From Gemmatimonadota bacterium (GTDB taxonomy: Bacteria; Latescibacterota; UBA2968; UBA8231): a DNA stretch of 63,965 nucleotides. The stretch is from the NCBI GenBank assembly GCA_038153405.1, contig JAYOYH010000015.1, forward strand, positions 38,289 through 102,253. Direction: 5' to 3'. The translations under genes were made by a program, and so were the position numbers. Under the pieces are notes generated by a model. It was not told the DNA's origin. It saw only the letters and a program-made list of their open reading frames with translations, and made no database searches. Below are positions 18,660 to 27,674 of the stretch, piece by piece (positions within the stretch are counted from its first letter, which is position 1; each line of letters opens with the position of its first letter).

Positions 18660-19631
18660 TTAGTTGCCCGACGTGTCTAAGACAGCTAGGTGAATAACGG
18701 CATCGCCTCGGTGGACCAGTGGATCAATAGCTTGGCCGACGACTATGCCCCCCGTTGGTGCCTTGAGTTGGACGGTTTCGTCGCCGAACGGATCGCTGAC
18801 TTCCCCTAGGATCTGTCCTTTGCGCACCTTCTCGCCCAGACCCACGCGCAGGCGGAGAATGCCGCTCTGTCGCGTGCGCACCCAGGCTGACTGGTGCGCA
18901 ATGGCCGCCGCGCCGCGTCGGCGCTGCGGTGCGCGCTTGATCATGTTTAGGTGCGACATTACGCGCAGTACGCCGTCAATACCCGCCACAATAGCGTCTT
19001 CATTAAACCGGTGTGGTTCGCCCGCTTCGTAGAGCAAGATGGGAATGCCGCGTCGATTAACTTCGCTGCGCAGCGACCCGCGCGGCGCCGTGCCGTGCAT
19101 GATAACCGGCGGCGCAAAGGCTTCGGCCATGGCCAGCGCTTGCGGATTGTCTAGGTTGCAGCGAATCTGCGGCAGGTTGACGCGCGGCGGTGCGGCTGTG
19201 TGTAGATCGATGGCATGCGTGCATTTGCTGACGACCTCAGTCATAAACAGATGCGCCAGGCGCCCGGCCAGCGACCCGCGCGCCGAGCCGGGAAAAGATC
19301 GGTTCAGATCGCGGCGGTCGGGTAGGTAGCGCGACTGGTAGACAAAGCCGAAAACGTTGATAATCGGCACGGCGATGAGCGTGCCGATTATTTTGTCAGG
19401 CCGCAGCTTTGCCAATATGCGGCGCACAATTTCAATGCCATTGATCTCGTCGCCGTGCAGTGCGGCGCTGACAAATAGGCGTGGACCAGATTCTTTGCCG
19501 CGCAGCACCTCGACCGGCATGGAAAGTTGATCGTGTGTGTAGAGACGACCGACGGGTAGATTGATCTTGACCCGTTCGCCCGGCTCGATAACGGTGCCGC
19601 CGATACTCAGGCGTTGGCGCGCAGAGCTCAT
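18660..19631 (-). CDS. succinylglutamate desuccinylase/aspartoacylase (AstE/AspA, M14-like) family peptidase
   Basis: LHGDEING, DLNRSFPG, IDLHT and YEAGE motifs; C-terminal biotinyl-like hairpin. Confidence 0.93.
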   Translation of the reverse strand: MSSARQRLSIGGTVIEPGERVKINLPVGRLYTHDQLSMPVEVLRGKESGPRLFVSAALHGDEINGIEIVRRILAKLRPDKIIGTLIAVPIINVFGFVYQSRYLPDRRDLNRSFPGSARGSLAGRLAHLFMTEVVSKCTHAIDLHTAAPPRVNLPQIRCNLDNPQALAMAEAFAPPVIMHGTAPRGSLRSEVNRRGIPILLYEAGEPHRFNEDAIVAGIDGVLRVMSHLNMIKRAPQRRRGAAAIAHQSAWVRTRQSGILRLRVGLGEKVRKGQILGEVSDPFGDETVQLKAPTGGIVVGQAIDPLVHRGDAVIHLAVLDTSGN

Positions 19632-19643
19632 GTCGTCTCGTTC

Positions 19644-20549
19644 CTATCCTCTACCGCGCGTCCGGGTATTGCCCGGCTGGGCATTCTTCTCGATAAAGTC
19701 GATAATCTTACCGGCTACATCGATGCCGGTCGTCTGCTCAATCCCTTCCAACCCGGGCGAAGAGTTGACCTCCATGACGACGGGTCCGTGATTCGAGCGC
19801 AGAATATCGACGCCGGCCACGTTGAGGCCCATCGTTTTTGCCGCGCGCACGGCCGTAGAGCGCTCTTCGGGAGTGAGCTTAATTTTCGTCGCCGTGCCGC
19901 CGCGGTGCAGATTGGATCGAAACTCGCCTTGGGCGCCTTGGCGCTTCATGGCCGCGACGACCCGACCGCCTACGATAAAGCAGCGAATATCGGCGCCGCC
20001 AGCTTCTTTTATAAATTCCTGTACGAGTATATTGGCATCTAGGCCGCGAAATGCATCAATGACCGACTCGGCGGCTTTTTTCGTCTCGGCCAGCACCACG
20101 CCAATGCCCTGCGTGCCTTCCAAGAGCTTGATGACCAGCGGTGCGCCGCCCACCAGATTAATGACGCCTTGGGTGTCTTTGGTCGATCGGGCAAAGGCCG
20201 TAACGGGCAGGCCAATGCCGTCGCGCGCCAGTAGCTGCAGCGAGCGCAGTTTATCCCTGGCGCGCGTTATGGCAACGGACTCGTTGATCGAAAAGACCCC
20301 CATCATCTCGAATTGGCGCACCACGGCCGTTCCGTAAAACGTGTACGATGCGGCAATACGCGGTATAATGGCCTCAAAACCCTCCAGCGAATCGCCCTGG
20401 AAGAGGACTGTGGGTCGGTGGGAGGTGATGTTCATATAGCAGCGGCGATAATCGACTACCTGCATTTCGTGTCCGCGCTCTTCGCCCGCCTCTTTTAGCC
20501 TTGTCGTCGAATGGAGGGACGCCTTGGAAGAGAGTATGGCAATTTTCAT
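19644..20549 (-). CDS. rimK: RimK alpha-L-glutamate ligase (ATP-grasp)
   Basis: MKIAILS...[10 protein letters not shown]...[11 protein letters not shown]...FRSNLHRGG...[12 protein letters not shown]; 301 aa. Confidence 0.97.
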   Translation of the reverse strand: MKIAILSSKASLHSTTRLKEAGEERGHEMQVVDYRRCYMNITSHRPTVLFQGDSLEGFEAIIPRIAASYTFYGTAVVRQFEMMGVFSINESVAITRARDKLRSLQLLARDGIGLPVTAFARSTKDTQGVINLVGGAPLVIKLLEGTQGIGVVLAETKKAAESVIDAFRGLDANILVQEFIKEAGGADIRCFIVGGRVVAAMKRQGAQGEFRSNLHRGGTATKIKLTPEERSTAVRAAKTMGLNVAGVDILRSNHGPVVMEVNSSPGLEGIEQTTGIDVAGKIIDFIEKNAQPGNTRTRGRG

Positions 20550-20903
20550 TTCTGCTTCCTTTCATTGCGAAGCGCAGAATCGGTTCTTTTGCGAGCACAG
20601 AGCGTAAAGGCGCATAAACGTCGACCTTCTTACAGGACCGGAGTTAGTCCATCGGTCCTGTTGTGTGCAAGCGCAGCTATGTGAGCGGTTAACGCCCGAT
20701 GAGGGCTACATAAATATAGGGAATAAAGCCTATTTTAGGCGATGAGCTAGCGCATTTGTTGAGTGTCTATTTTTTCGCGTAGTTTTAGGTGTGCGCACGG
20801 CATTGCATCAATGGAATTGGAGAGACGGTGCGGCGTTGGATGCGCGACGCGATTCTGCATAACTAGACCTATCCGCGAACGGTTTTTATCCAGAGGTTGA
20901 CCA

Positions 20904-21764
20904 TTGGAAAGAGTGCTTCAGTTGATGGATCGCTACCAGGGCTTGGACAACGTGTTGGCCAGCGCTCTGCTCCTATTGGGCGTGCTGTTGCTGCGCCAAA
21001 TATTGATGAGTTGGGTTCGGCGTTCGGCCATCCATTCGTCTGACCTGCGCCGTCGTTGGGTCGTGCAAATTCGCAACGGCTGCTTCCTGTTGCTCATACT
21101 GGGTTTGATCTTGGTTTGGGCGACGGAATTGCGCACGTTCGCCCTATCGTTGGCGGCTTTTATTGTGGCATTTGTGCTGTCGACCAAAGAGCTCCTATCC
21201 TGTCTGACGGGCAGCTTCCTAAAGATCAGTTCGCGCGCCTTTGCCGTGGGCGATCGCATTGAAGTTGGGGGTATGCGCGGCGACGTCGTCGATCAGACGC
21301 TGCTGGTGACGCGCATTATGGAAGTTGGTCCAGCACCGCACGCTCATTTCTACACCGGTAAGATCATTGCGTTGCCCAACAGCTTATTTCTCACGGCTCC
21401 GATTATCAACTTCAGCCTGACGTCCGATTACGCGCTGCACACCTTCTGCATTCCGCTGGCCGATTCGGCCAACTGGCAGCGAGCTGAAGAGTATATGCAA
21501 CGCGCTTGCGCAGAGGTGTGTGCACCATTTATTGACGCGGCGCGCCAGACCTTAAATCGCCAAGCTCAACTCGAAGAACTCGGGGTAAAAGCCGTAGAAC
21601 CAAGCACGGCTTTGGTCGTGCGAGAAGCGGGCAAGATCGATATTGCCGTGCGCGTGCCTTGCCCCAGCGAGCAGGTCGGGCGCTGCGAGCAGGATATAAT
21701 CCGGCGCTTTTTTCAGCTGCAGGCCGCCGCTACTGCGCTCGGCGGCACAGGGAGCGGAGAATGA
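20904..21764 (+). CDS. mscS: MscS family mechanosensitive channel
   Basis: VLSTKELLSC..GS...FAVGDRIEVGGMRGDVVD...LPNSLFL; TTG start with AGAGG RBS. Confidence 0.9.
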   Translation: MERVLQLMDRYQGLDNVLASALLLLGVLLLRQILMSWVRRSAIHSSDLRRRWVVQIRNGCFLLLILGLILVWATELRTFALSLAAFIVAFVLSTKELLSCLTGSFLKISSRAFAVGDRIEVGGMRGDVVDQTLLVTRIMEVGPAPHAHFYTGKIIALPNSLFLTAPIINFSLTSDYALHTFCIPLADSANWQRAEEYMQRACAEVCAPFIDAARQTLNRQAQLEELGVKAVEPSTALVVREAGKIDIAVRVPCPSEQVGRCEQDIIRRFFQLQAAATALGGTGSGE

Positions 21765-21767
21765 TAT

Positions 21768-22910
21768 ATGGAATGGCGTAGCCGGCTGCAAAACGGTGTT
21801 CCTTACGGGGTGGCCACCGTCGTCTTGCTCAACGGCTTTCTCGCCTTGGCGGCTGGACTGTCGCGCTTTTTTCAGCTCGACCTGTATTTCGAAAAAGAGT
21901 TGAAGGAGGTAGGCCAACTCATTGATGTGACGCCGGATCTGCAGGCCGAGGGATTCGTATCAATTTTGCTCGGCGCGCTGTTTATTGCGCTGGGCAAGGG
22001 GCTGTTTGAACGCCGGCGTTCTTCTTGGCAAAAGAGCATCGCCGTGTTGACCATGCAGCTGCTCAACGCGTTAGTCCAGGAGATGCCGCTGCGCACGGTC
22101 GGTCTCTCGGTCGCGCTGCTGGTTGTACTGCTGCTGTTGCGCCGCGAATTTACCAACGTGCCCATGCGTCGCAAGATGGGCTATGGCGAAGTGGTCGCCG
22201 CAATCTCGGTCGTTTTTGCTCTCTCATACGGCATTGTTGGCTCCTACTTGATGCGCAGCGAATTTAGCGGTATTGAGAGCTGGTTGGATGCTACCTATTT
22301 CACCTTTGTGACGTTCAGCACCGTGGGCTATGGCGATTTGCTGCCGCAGTCGACCAATGCGCGCATATTTACGATGTCGATGATCCTCATAGGACTGAGC
22401 GCCTTTGCCACGTCGCTGACGGTCTTTTTGGGGCCGCTACTCGAAGAGCGCATGAAAGGAGTATTTTCGGTTATGAGCAAGTTCCAGAAGACGATTGATC
22501 ACGTAGTCGTCTGCGGCTTTACCAGCGTTTCGGAGAGCATTTTCGACGAGCTGAGCGCGCGCGAGACGCCTTTTTTAGTTGTTGAGGAAGACGAAAGTAA
22601 AGTCATGATGCTCAAAGGAATGGGGTATGATGTGTTGCACGGAGATGCAACCAACAGACAGACCTTAGAGCGCTCTAACCTATCGCGCGCCGCCGCGGTG
22701 ATTGCCGCCACCGATTCCGATGCGACCAATGCGCTTATCGCGCTAACGGCGCGGGGGCTGCGCGACGGAGAGGGCGGACACTCCTTCCGCATCATCGTGC
22801 GCGTTGAAGACGAAGAGAATATCGATAAAGTGCAGCGCATTGGGGTCGACGAGGTGATTTCTCCCTCGACGCTAGGCGGTCGCATGATGGCGGAAAAAGC
22901 GCTGGGCTGA
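21768..22910 (+). CDS. kch: Kch-like potassium channel (TM segments, TVGYGD pore, C-terminal RCK/TrkA-N domain)
   Basis: YFTFVTFSTVGYGD selectivity filter; HVVVCGF, GDAT and DATNAL RCK motifs. Confidence 0.9.
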   Translation: MEWRSRLQNGVPYGVATVVLLNGFLALAAGLSRFFQLDLYFEKELKEVGQLIDVTPDLQAEGFVSILLGALFIALGKGLFERRRSSWQKSIAVLTMQLLNALVQEMPLRTVGLSVALLVVLLLLRREFTNVPMRRKMGYGEVVAAISVVFALSYGIVGSYLMRSEFSGIESWLDATYFTFVTFSTVGYGDLLPQSTNARIFTMSMILIGLSAFATSLTVFLGPLLEERMKGVFSVMSKFQKTIDHVVVCGFTSVSESIFDELSARETPFLVVEEDESKVMMLKGMGYDVLHGDATNRQTLERSNLSRAAAVIAATDSDATNALIALTARGLRDGEGGHSFRIIVRVEDEENIDKVQRIGVDEVISPSTLGGRMMAEKALG

Positions 22911-23011
22911 ACGTTCCTGCCGAACCGCCGCCGCATTTGTAAATGGATCACAGCCATTGTATGTTTGCCGGATATTGCGGCTATTTAATCGTTCCAAAGC
23001 GAGGTCGTTCC

Positions 23012-23791
23012 ATGCAGGCTACAGCCGACTTTTCTGAAAAGCTAAGGCATTTAAATGAGCAAGGGTTTCTGCTTATCAAGGGTGCGTTAGGCGCCGAACG
23101 CGTGGCGCGGTGGCAAGATGTGCTCTACGGCATGTACGAGCGCAGCGAATACGAAATAGACAATAGCGTCGGTAATGTGGCCTTTGAAAAACTGCTTGCC
23201 CTGCAGCCCGAATTGGCCGGCCAATTGATCGGCCACGAATCCGTTGCCCCCTATTTAAAAGCCGTGCTCGGCAAGCAGTGCCAGCTGCGCTCGCTGCGCG
23301 CCCACGTCAATCCGCGCGCCTACCTGCAGGAGTGGCACATGGATTTCTACGACTACTACTACCAGCGCCAAAAGGCCGAAGGCGCGCAGCCGCTGGTCGG
23401 CTTGTGCATGAACACGACGTTTTACCTGACCGACAATCCACCCGAGCGCGGTCGTCTGACCTTCCTGAAGGACTACTTCAAGCAGCCCATTCCCGACGAA
23501 ATGATTCAGCACATGGGCTACACCGACGACCGCAGCAATCCGTTTCAGGCGTGGTGCGACGGTCAGGAGCACGTCGATTTGCATCCCGAGGCGGGCGACG
23601 CCGTGCTGTTTTACAGCCACTTGCCGCACCAGGGCGCCAAGGTCGGCGAAGATCCCGTAGGGCGACCGCGCGCCAACGTCGTGCTGCACTACCAGCAAAA
23701 TCCCATGTTTCCCGGTATCCACTTTGTCAGCAATCCGCAGTTTACGCTGGATACGCTGGGCTATGCCGCCACGTTCCCCTTTGCCAACTGA
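23012..23791 (+). CDS. PhyH family dioxygenase
   Basis: QGFLLI, WHMD, AGDAVLF...PHQG; GAGG RBS before ATG 23012. Confidence 0.85.
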   Translation: MQATADFSEKLRHLNEQGFLLIKGALGAERVARWQDVLYGMYERSEYEIDNSVGNVAFEKLLALQPELAGQLIGHESVAPYLKAVLGKQCQLRSLRAHVNPRAYLQEWHMDFYDYYYQRQKAEGAQPLVGLCMNTTFYLTDNPPERGRLTFLKDYFKQPIPDEMIQHMGYTDDRSNPFQAWCDGQEHVDLHPEAGDAVLFYSHLPHQGAKVGEDPVGRPRANVVLHYQQNPMFPGIHFVSNPQFTLDTLGYAATFPFAN

Positions 23792-23797
23792 GGTCGG

Positions 23798-24547
23798 ATG
23801 AACGCCGAACAAAAACAGTTTTTTCGCGACCACGGCTTTGTCAACCTCGGCAAGCTGCTGACGGACCAAGAAGTGGCCCATTTTGACGGATTGTTCAATG
23901 CAGATCGCCAGGCCTATCCCTATTTCTGGCACCCGTACGGCCACCACCAGCGCGCCAATTACGACGCCCTGCTGACGACGCCGCAGTTTGACGAACTGAT
24001 ACGCCACCCGCACATCTATCCGATCATTGAGGACCTGATGGGCGGTCCGCTGTGCTTTGGCGAGATCGGCCTGCGTTCCATGGGCGAGTATGATGGCCCG
24101 TTTCACCAGAGCTGGCACCGCGACAAGCCGCACTGGCACGATCATCCCCTGCGCATGGACTACATCCAATTAATTACCTACTTCGCCGACGTCGATGGGG
24201 GCACGCACTGCTTTTCCATCTCGCCCGAATCGCTCGACGACCCGGTGCTGGCCGAACGCGATGAACAGCTAGCGCGCGGCGGCGTGTATGATCTACATGG
24301 TCCGGCCGGCACTTGTGCTCTGTTCAACGCGTCCGTGCTGCACACGGCCACGACGCGGCCAACCCAGGCCGAGCGCCGCACGGCGCAGATTTACTACGGA
24401 CATCGCGATCGCGCGCCGCTAGCCAACGATTCCGGCATTCCGGCGACGCTGTGGCGCGACCACGAAGATGGCGAGACGCGCGCCTTTTACGGCGTGCTCA
24501 ACGAGCGTACGCGCGTCTATATGCGCGCCTTTGGCAGCGGACCGTAA
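23798..24547 (+). CDS. PhyH family dioxygenase
   Basis: FFRDHGFV, WHRD, GPAGT..LFN..VLHT...RR. Confidence 0.88.
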   Translation: MNAEQKQFFRDHGFVNLGKLLTDQEVAHFDGLFNADRQAYPYFWHPYGHHQRANYDALLTTPQFDELIRHPHIYPIIEDLMGGPLCFGEIGLRSMGEYDGPFHQSWHRDKPHWHDHPLRMDYIQLITYFADVDGGTHCFSISPESLDDPVLAERDEQLARGGVYDLHGPAGTCALFNASVLHTATTRPTQAERRTAQIYYGHRDRAPLANDSGIPATLWRDHEDGETRAFYGVLNERTRVYMRAFGSGP

Positions 24548-25305
24548 TGCGCGTAGCGCTGGCGCAGATAGCCGTCGGGGCGGCCGTGTCCGACAATGTG
24601 CGGACATTGCATCGCGCCGTCGACTTTGCCATTGGCCAGCGGGCCGACGTCTTGCTGACGCCCGAGGGGTCGCTCAGCGGCTACACGCATCAATTTGATG
24701 CTAAGGCGGTCGAAGAGGGGCTCGCCGACATTGCAGCGCACGCTTGCGAGGGCCGTCTGGCTCTGGCGCTGGGCACGTGCTTTGTCGAGGACGACGGCCA
24801 TTGCTATAACCAGATCCGCTTTTACGAGCGAGACGGTGCCTTTCTCGGATTTCACAGCAAGACGCTGTGCTGCGGCACGCTGGAAGAACCCTCGCGCGGT
24901 GAAATTGAGCACTATACAGTCGCACCGCTGGGGGTCTACGACCTGTGCGGCGCGCGCGTCGGTGGGCTGATCTGCAACGACCTGTGGGCCAATCCCTGCT
25001 GCACGCCGATGCCGGACCCCCATCTGACACAGCAGCTGCGTCAAATGGGCGCCCGCGCCATTTTCCACGCGGTTAACGGCGGTCGCAGCAGCGACCCATG
25101 GTCGCAAGTAAACTGGCATTTTCACGAGGCCAATCTGCGGATGCGCGCTCGCGCTTCCGCGCTGTATATCGCCACCGTCGATAGCTGTTTTCCCACCGAT
25201 CTGCGCTGTTCATCGCCCTCGGGGATCATGGGCCCACAGGGCGAGTGGCTGTGCCGTAGCGAAGAGCGCGGCGAGCAGTTTTTGTGCGGCGATATCGTCC
25301 TGTAA
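24547..25305 (+). CDS. carbon-nitrogen hydrolase (nitrilase superfamily)
   Basis: MRVALAQ; catalytic E (TPEG), K (HSK) and C (LICNDLW); TAATG coupling to the upstream gene. Confidence 0.9.
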   Translation: MRVALAQIAVGAAVSDNVRTLHRAVDFAIGQRADVLLTPEGSLSGYTHQFDAKAVEEGLADIAAHACEGRLALALGTCFVEDDGHCYNQIRFYERDGAFLGFHSKTLCCGTLEEPSRGEIEHYTVAPLGVYDLCGARVGGLICNDLWANPCCTPMPDPHLTQQLRQMGARAIFHAVNGGRSSDPWSQVNWHFHEANLRMRARASALYIATVDSCFPTDLRCSSPSGIMGPQGEWLCRSEERGEQFLCGDIVL

Positions 25306-25406
25306 CGGGCGTCTGGCCGAGTTGGGGCCATTTGCCGCCGTGCGCGAACTTTGCCATTTTAGACGAGTTGAATTTTGGACACACTTAATTCAAGGACACT
25401 TCCACT

Positions 25407-26615
25407 ATGGAGAACGGCATCGTTCGCGTCGCTATCGGCGGCCAGGGCCGCAGCGGCTATAGCATCCACGCGCGCCACTTGGAAAAAGACTACGAGCGCT
25501 ACCAGATCGTCGCCGTAGCCGATGAGATACAGGATCGCCGCAAAGATGCGCGCAACCAATTTGGCGCGCGGACCTACAAAGATTGGACCAAAATGATCGA
25601 GGCCGGCGGCTTTGATCTCTTTGTCAACGCATTGCCGTCGCCGCTCCATACGCCCGCTACTATTGCCGCCCTTAACGCAGGAGCGCATGTCCTGTGCGAA
25701 AAGCCTATGGCCAAGAACCTGCAGGAATTTGATCGCATGGTGGCCGCGGCAAAGCGCAACAATCGCGTTTTGGCACCGTTTCAGAACAATCGACCGCAGC
25801 CATTTTTCGAAAAAATGTGTGAGGTAATCGATTCGGGTATTCTTGGCAAGATCGTCTACATTCGCTCTGTTTGGGGCGGATTTGCTCGGCGCTGGGACTG
25901 GCAGACCTGGCAAGAAAACCTCGGGGGCTCGCTCTATAACACGGGCCCGCACGGCCTAGATCAGGCGCTCAAACTCTTTGGTTTTAACCGCACGCCCAAG
26001 GTGTTTAGCCGGATGGACTGCAACAATGCGTTTGGGGCGGATGCCGAAGACCACTGCACGGTAACGCTCTACGATCCCAAGCGCGAGGCGCCGCAGATCG
26101 ATATGGTTATCAGCGCCTACATGGCCTATAGCCAGGGCGATATGTACAACGTATGTGGAACCTACGGAGGCCTGACGGGCGGAGCTACCGAGTTAAAATG
26201 GCGTTACTTCGACCCGAAGAAAGCGCCGAAGCAGAAAATGTGGAACTGGTCGGTGAATCGCCAGTACACGCGTGAGGACCTTCCTTGGAAAGAAGGCCAC
26301 TGGAAGCTGGAAGACGAAAAGGAGAAGAGCAAAGATGCCGTGGGCTATACGCTGCGCTCGTTTGCCAGCGGTCCGGCGCGCATCTACGCCAATCTGCACG
26401 AGGTGCTGACGGGCAACGGCAAGCTGGAGATCACGCTGGAACAGGTGCGCAAGCAAATTGCCGTTATGGCCGAGTGCCACAAGCAGAACAAGCTGCCGCG
26501 TTCCAATAAGAAAACTGGTGCCGATGCGGGCGCATCGGAAGCGCCGGCCAAACAGAAGGCTAAGGCCAAAGCGGGTGCCAAGGCCAAGCCAAAAGCGAAA
26601 GCCAAGAAGAGCTAA
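25407..26615 (+). CDS. Gfo/Idh/MocA family oxidoreductase with Lys/Ala-rich C-terminal tail
   Basis: G.GRSG Rossmann motif, HVLCEKP, GGSLYNTGPH.LDQ. Confidence 0.92.
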   Translation: MENGIVRVAIGGQGRSGYSIHARHLEKDYERYQIVAVADEIQDRRKDARNQFGARTYKDWTKMIEAGGFDLFVNALPSPLHTPATIAALNAGAHVLCEKPMAKNLQEFDRMVAAAKRNNRVLAPFQNNRPQPFFEKMCEVIDSGILGKIVYIRSVWGGFARRWDWQTWQENLGGSLYNTGPHGLDQALKLFGFNRTPKVFSRMDCNNAFGADAEDHCTVTLYDPKREAPQIDMVISAYMAYSQGDMYNVCGTYGGLTGGATELKWRYFDPKKAPKQKMWNWSVNRQYTREDLPWKEGHWKLEDEKEKSKDAVGYTLRSFASGPARIYANLHEVLTGNGKLEITLEQVRKQIAVMAECHKQNKLPRSNKKTGADAGASEAPAKQKAKAKAGAKAKPKAKAKKS

Positions 26616-26635
26616 AGCGTGCACCGTAGCGCTGA

Positions 26636-26674
26636 CGAGCCCCCGACGATGGACTTCGTCGGGGGCTCGCTTTG
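26636..26674 (+). terminator. rho-independent terminator
   Basis: 14-bp stem CGAGCCCCCGACGA-tggact-TCGTCGGGGGCTCG, then CTTTG; lies between convergent genes. Confidence 0.75.
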
Positions 26675-26713
26675 CGTACTCGTCGATTTGACCTGCTCTG
26701 CGGTCCGCAGCGC

Positions 26714-27013
26714 TCAGCTGCCGCGCTGGCGAATTTCCTCTATTTTTGCGTCGCGCTCGGCAAAGATTTGCTCGCGCAGCGCATTGGTTTCGCGCTGTAG
26801 TTGGCTTTGTGCTTCGGCCAGACCCTCGGGGTTTTCTCGCCTTAGCTTGGCGGTGCGCTCGTTAATTTGCAGCTCCTTTTCGGCCCACTTGGCCTCGTAC
26901 AGCTTGCGCACGTCTTCGATGGCGGCCTTTTGCTCGTCGTTCAGCTTGATCGAGTCCTCGCCGCCGACGGCGGCATTGGCCCTTTCCATAGCTAGTTCGA
27001 GGGCGGATTTCAT
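26714..27013 (-). CDS. hypothetical coiled-coil protein (KSALELAMER N-terminus)
   Basis: GGGAG RBS; charged helical 99-aa protein; better gene candidate than the overlapping shadow ORFs. Confidence 0.8.
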   Translation of the reverse strand: MKSALELAMERANAAVGGEDSIKLNDEQKAAIEDVRKLYEAKWAEKELQINERTAKLRRENPEGLAEAQSQLQRETNALREQIFAERDAKIEEIRQRGS

Positions 27014-27138
27014 GCGATTTCTCCCGTGTATGTGGCGCGTAAAAGCTGCTTAAAAGATAGGGGTGGTCGCTTTGCGCGCAACGCGCAGGTTGTTTTCTAT
27101 ACGTCAACGCACCTACGCCTACTCAGCAGGAGGTATGT

Positions 27139-27582
27139 ATGGCACGACAGTGGCAGGTTTATTTGTCGGGAGAGATTCACAGCGATTGGCGCGAACAGAT
27201 AGTGCAGGGAGCGTCCAATTTACCGGTGGCGTTTAGCGCCCCTGTGACCGATCACGCAGCCAGCGATGACTGCGGCGTCCATATTTTGGGCGCAGAGGAA
27301 AAAGCCTTTTGGAAGGATCGCAAGGGGGCCCAGCTCAACGCCATTCGCACGCGCACGCTAATCGAGGCTGCCGACGTAGTCGTCGTGCGCTTTGGCGAGC
27401 AGTATCGACAATGGAATGCCGCCTTTGATGCCGGTTTTGCCGCCGCGTTGGGCAAGCCGCTGATCGTACTGCATCCGGACGAATTCGCGCACGCGCTGAA
27501 GGAAGTGGATGCCGCAGCGCTGGCCGTGGCGCGCGAGCCGCAGCAGGTGGTGCAGATCTTGCGCTACGTTATTGAGGGGTAG
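27139..27582 (+). CDS. ytoQ: YtoQ family protein (nucleoside 2-deoxyribosyltransferase-like)
   Basis: VYLSGEIHSDWR, SDDCG, QWNAAFDAG and HALKEVD motifs; AGGAGG RBS. Confidence 0.9.
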   Translation: MARQWQVYLSGEIHSDWREQIVQGASNLPVAFSAPVTDHAASDDCGVHILGAEEKAFWKDRKGAQLNAIRTRTLIEAADVVVVRFGEQYRQWNAAFDAGFAAALGKPLIVLHPDEFAHALKEVDAAALAVAREPQQVVQILRYVIEG

Positions 27583-27614
27583 GGCCGGTTGGCTTACTGC
27601 CCTCAATAGACCAA

Positions 27615-27664
27615 CAAAATGAGCCCCCCGCAGCACATCATGCTGCGGGGGGCTCATGCTTTTT
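27615..27664. terminator. bidirectional rho-independent terminator
   Basis: 17-bp perfect stem ATGAGCCCCCCGCAGCA-catca-TGCTGCGGGGGGCTCAT flanked by an A-run and GCTTTTT. Confidence 0.85.
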
Positions 27665-27674
27665 GGAGCGGCTG

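Noticed and set aside
5649..22910. Idea that the channel island is a mobile element or a known anti-phage system
   Set aside because: No integrase, transposase, tRNA, att repeats or obvious GC shift. The NTPase has no nuclease, TIR or TPR effector/sensor typical of Avs-type STAND systems. A defence role is not excluded but is unsupported.
27570..27608. Imperfect hairpin TATTGAGGG...CCCTCAATA over the ytoQ stop
   Set aside because: Single copy, no similar REP-like element seen elsewhere, and the stronger adjacent terminator already explains the region.
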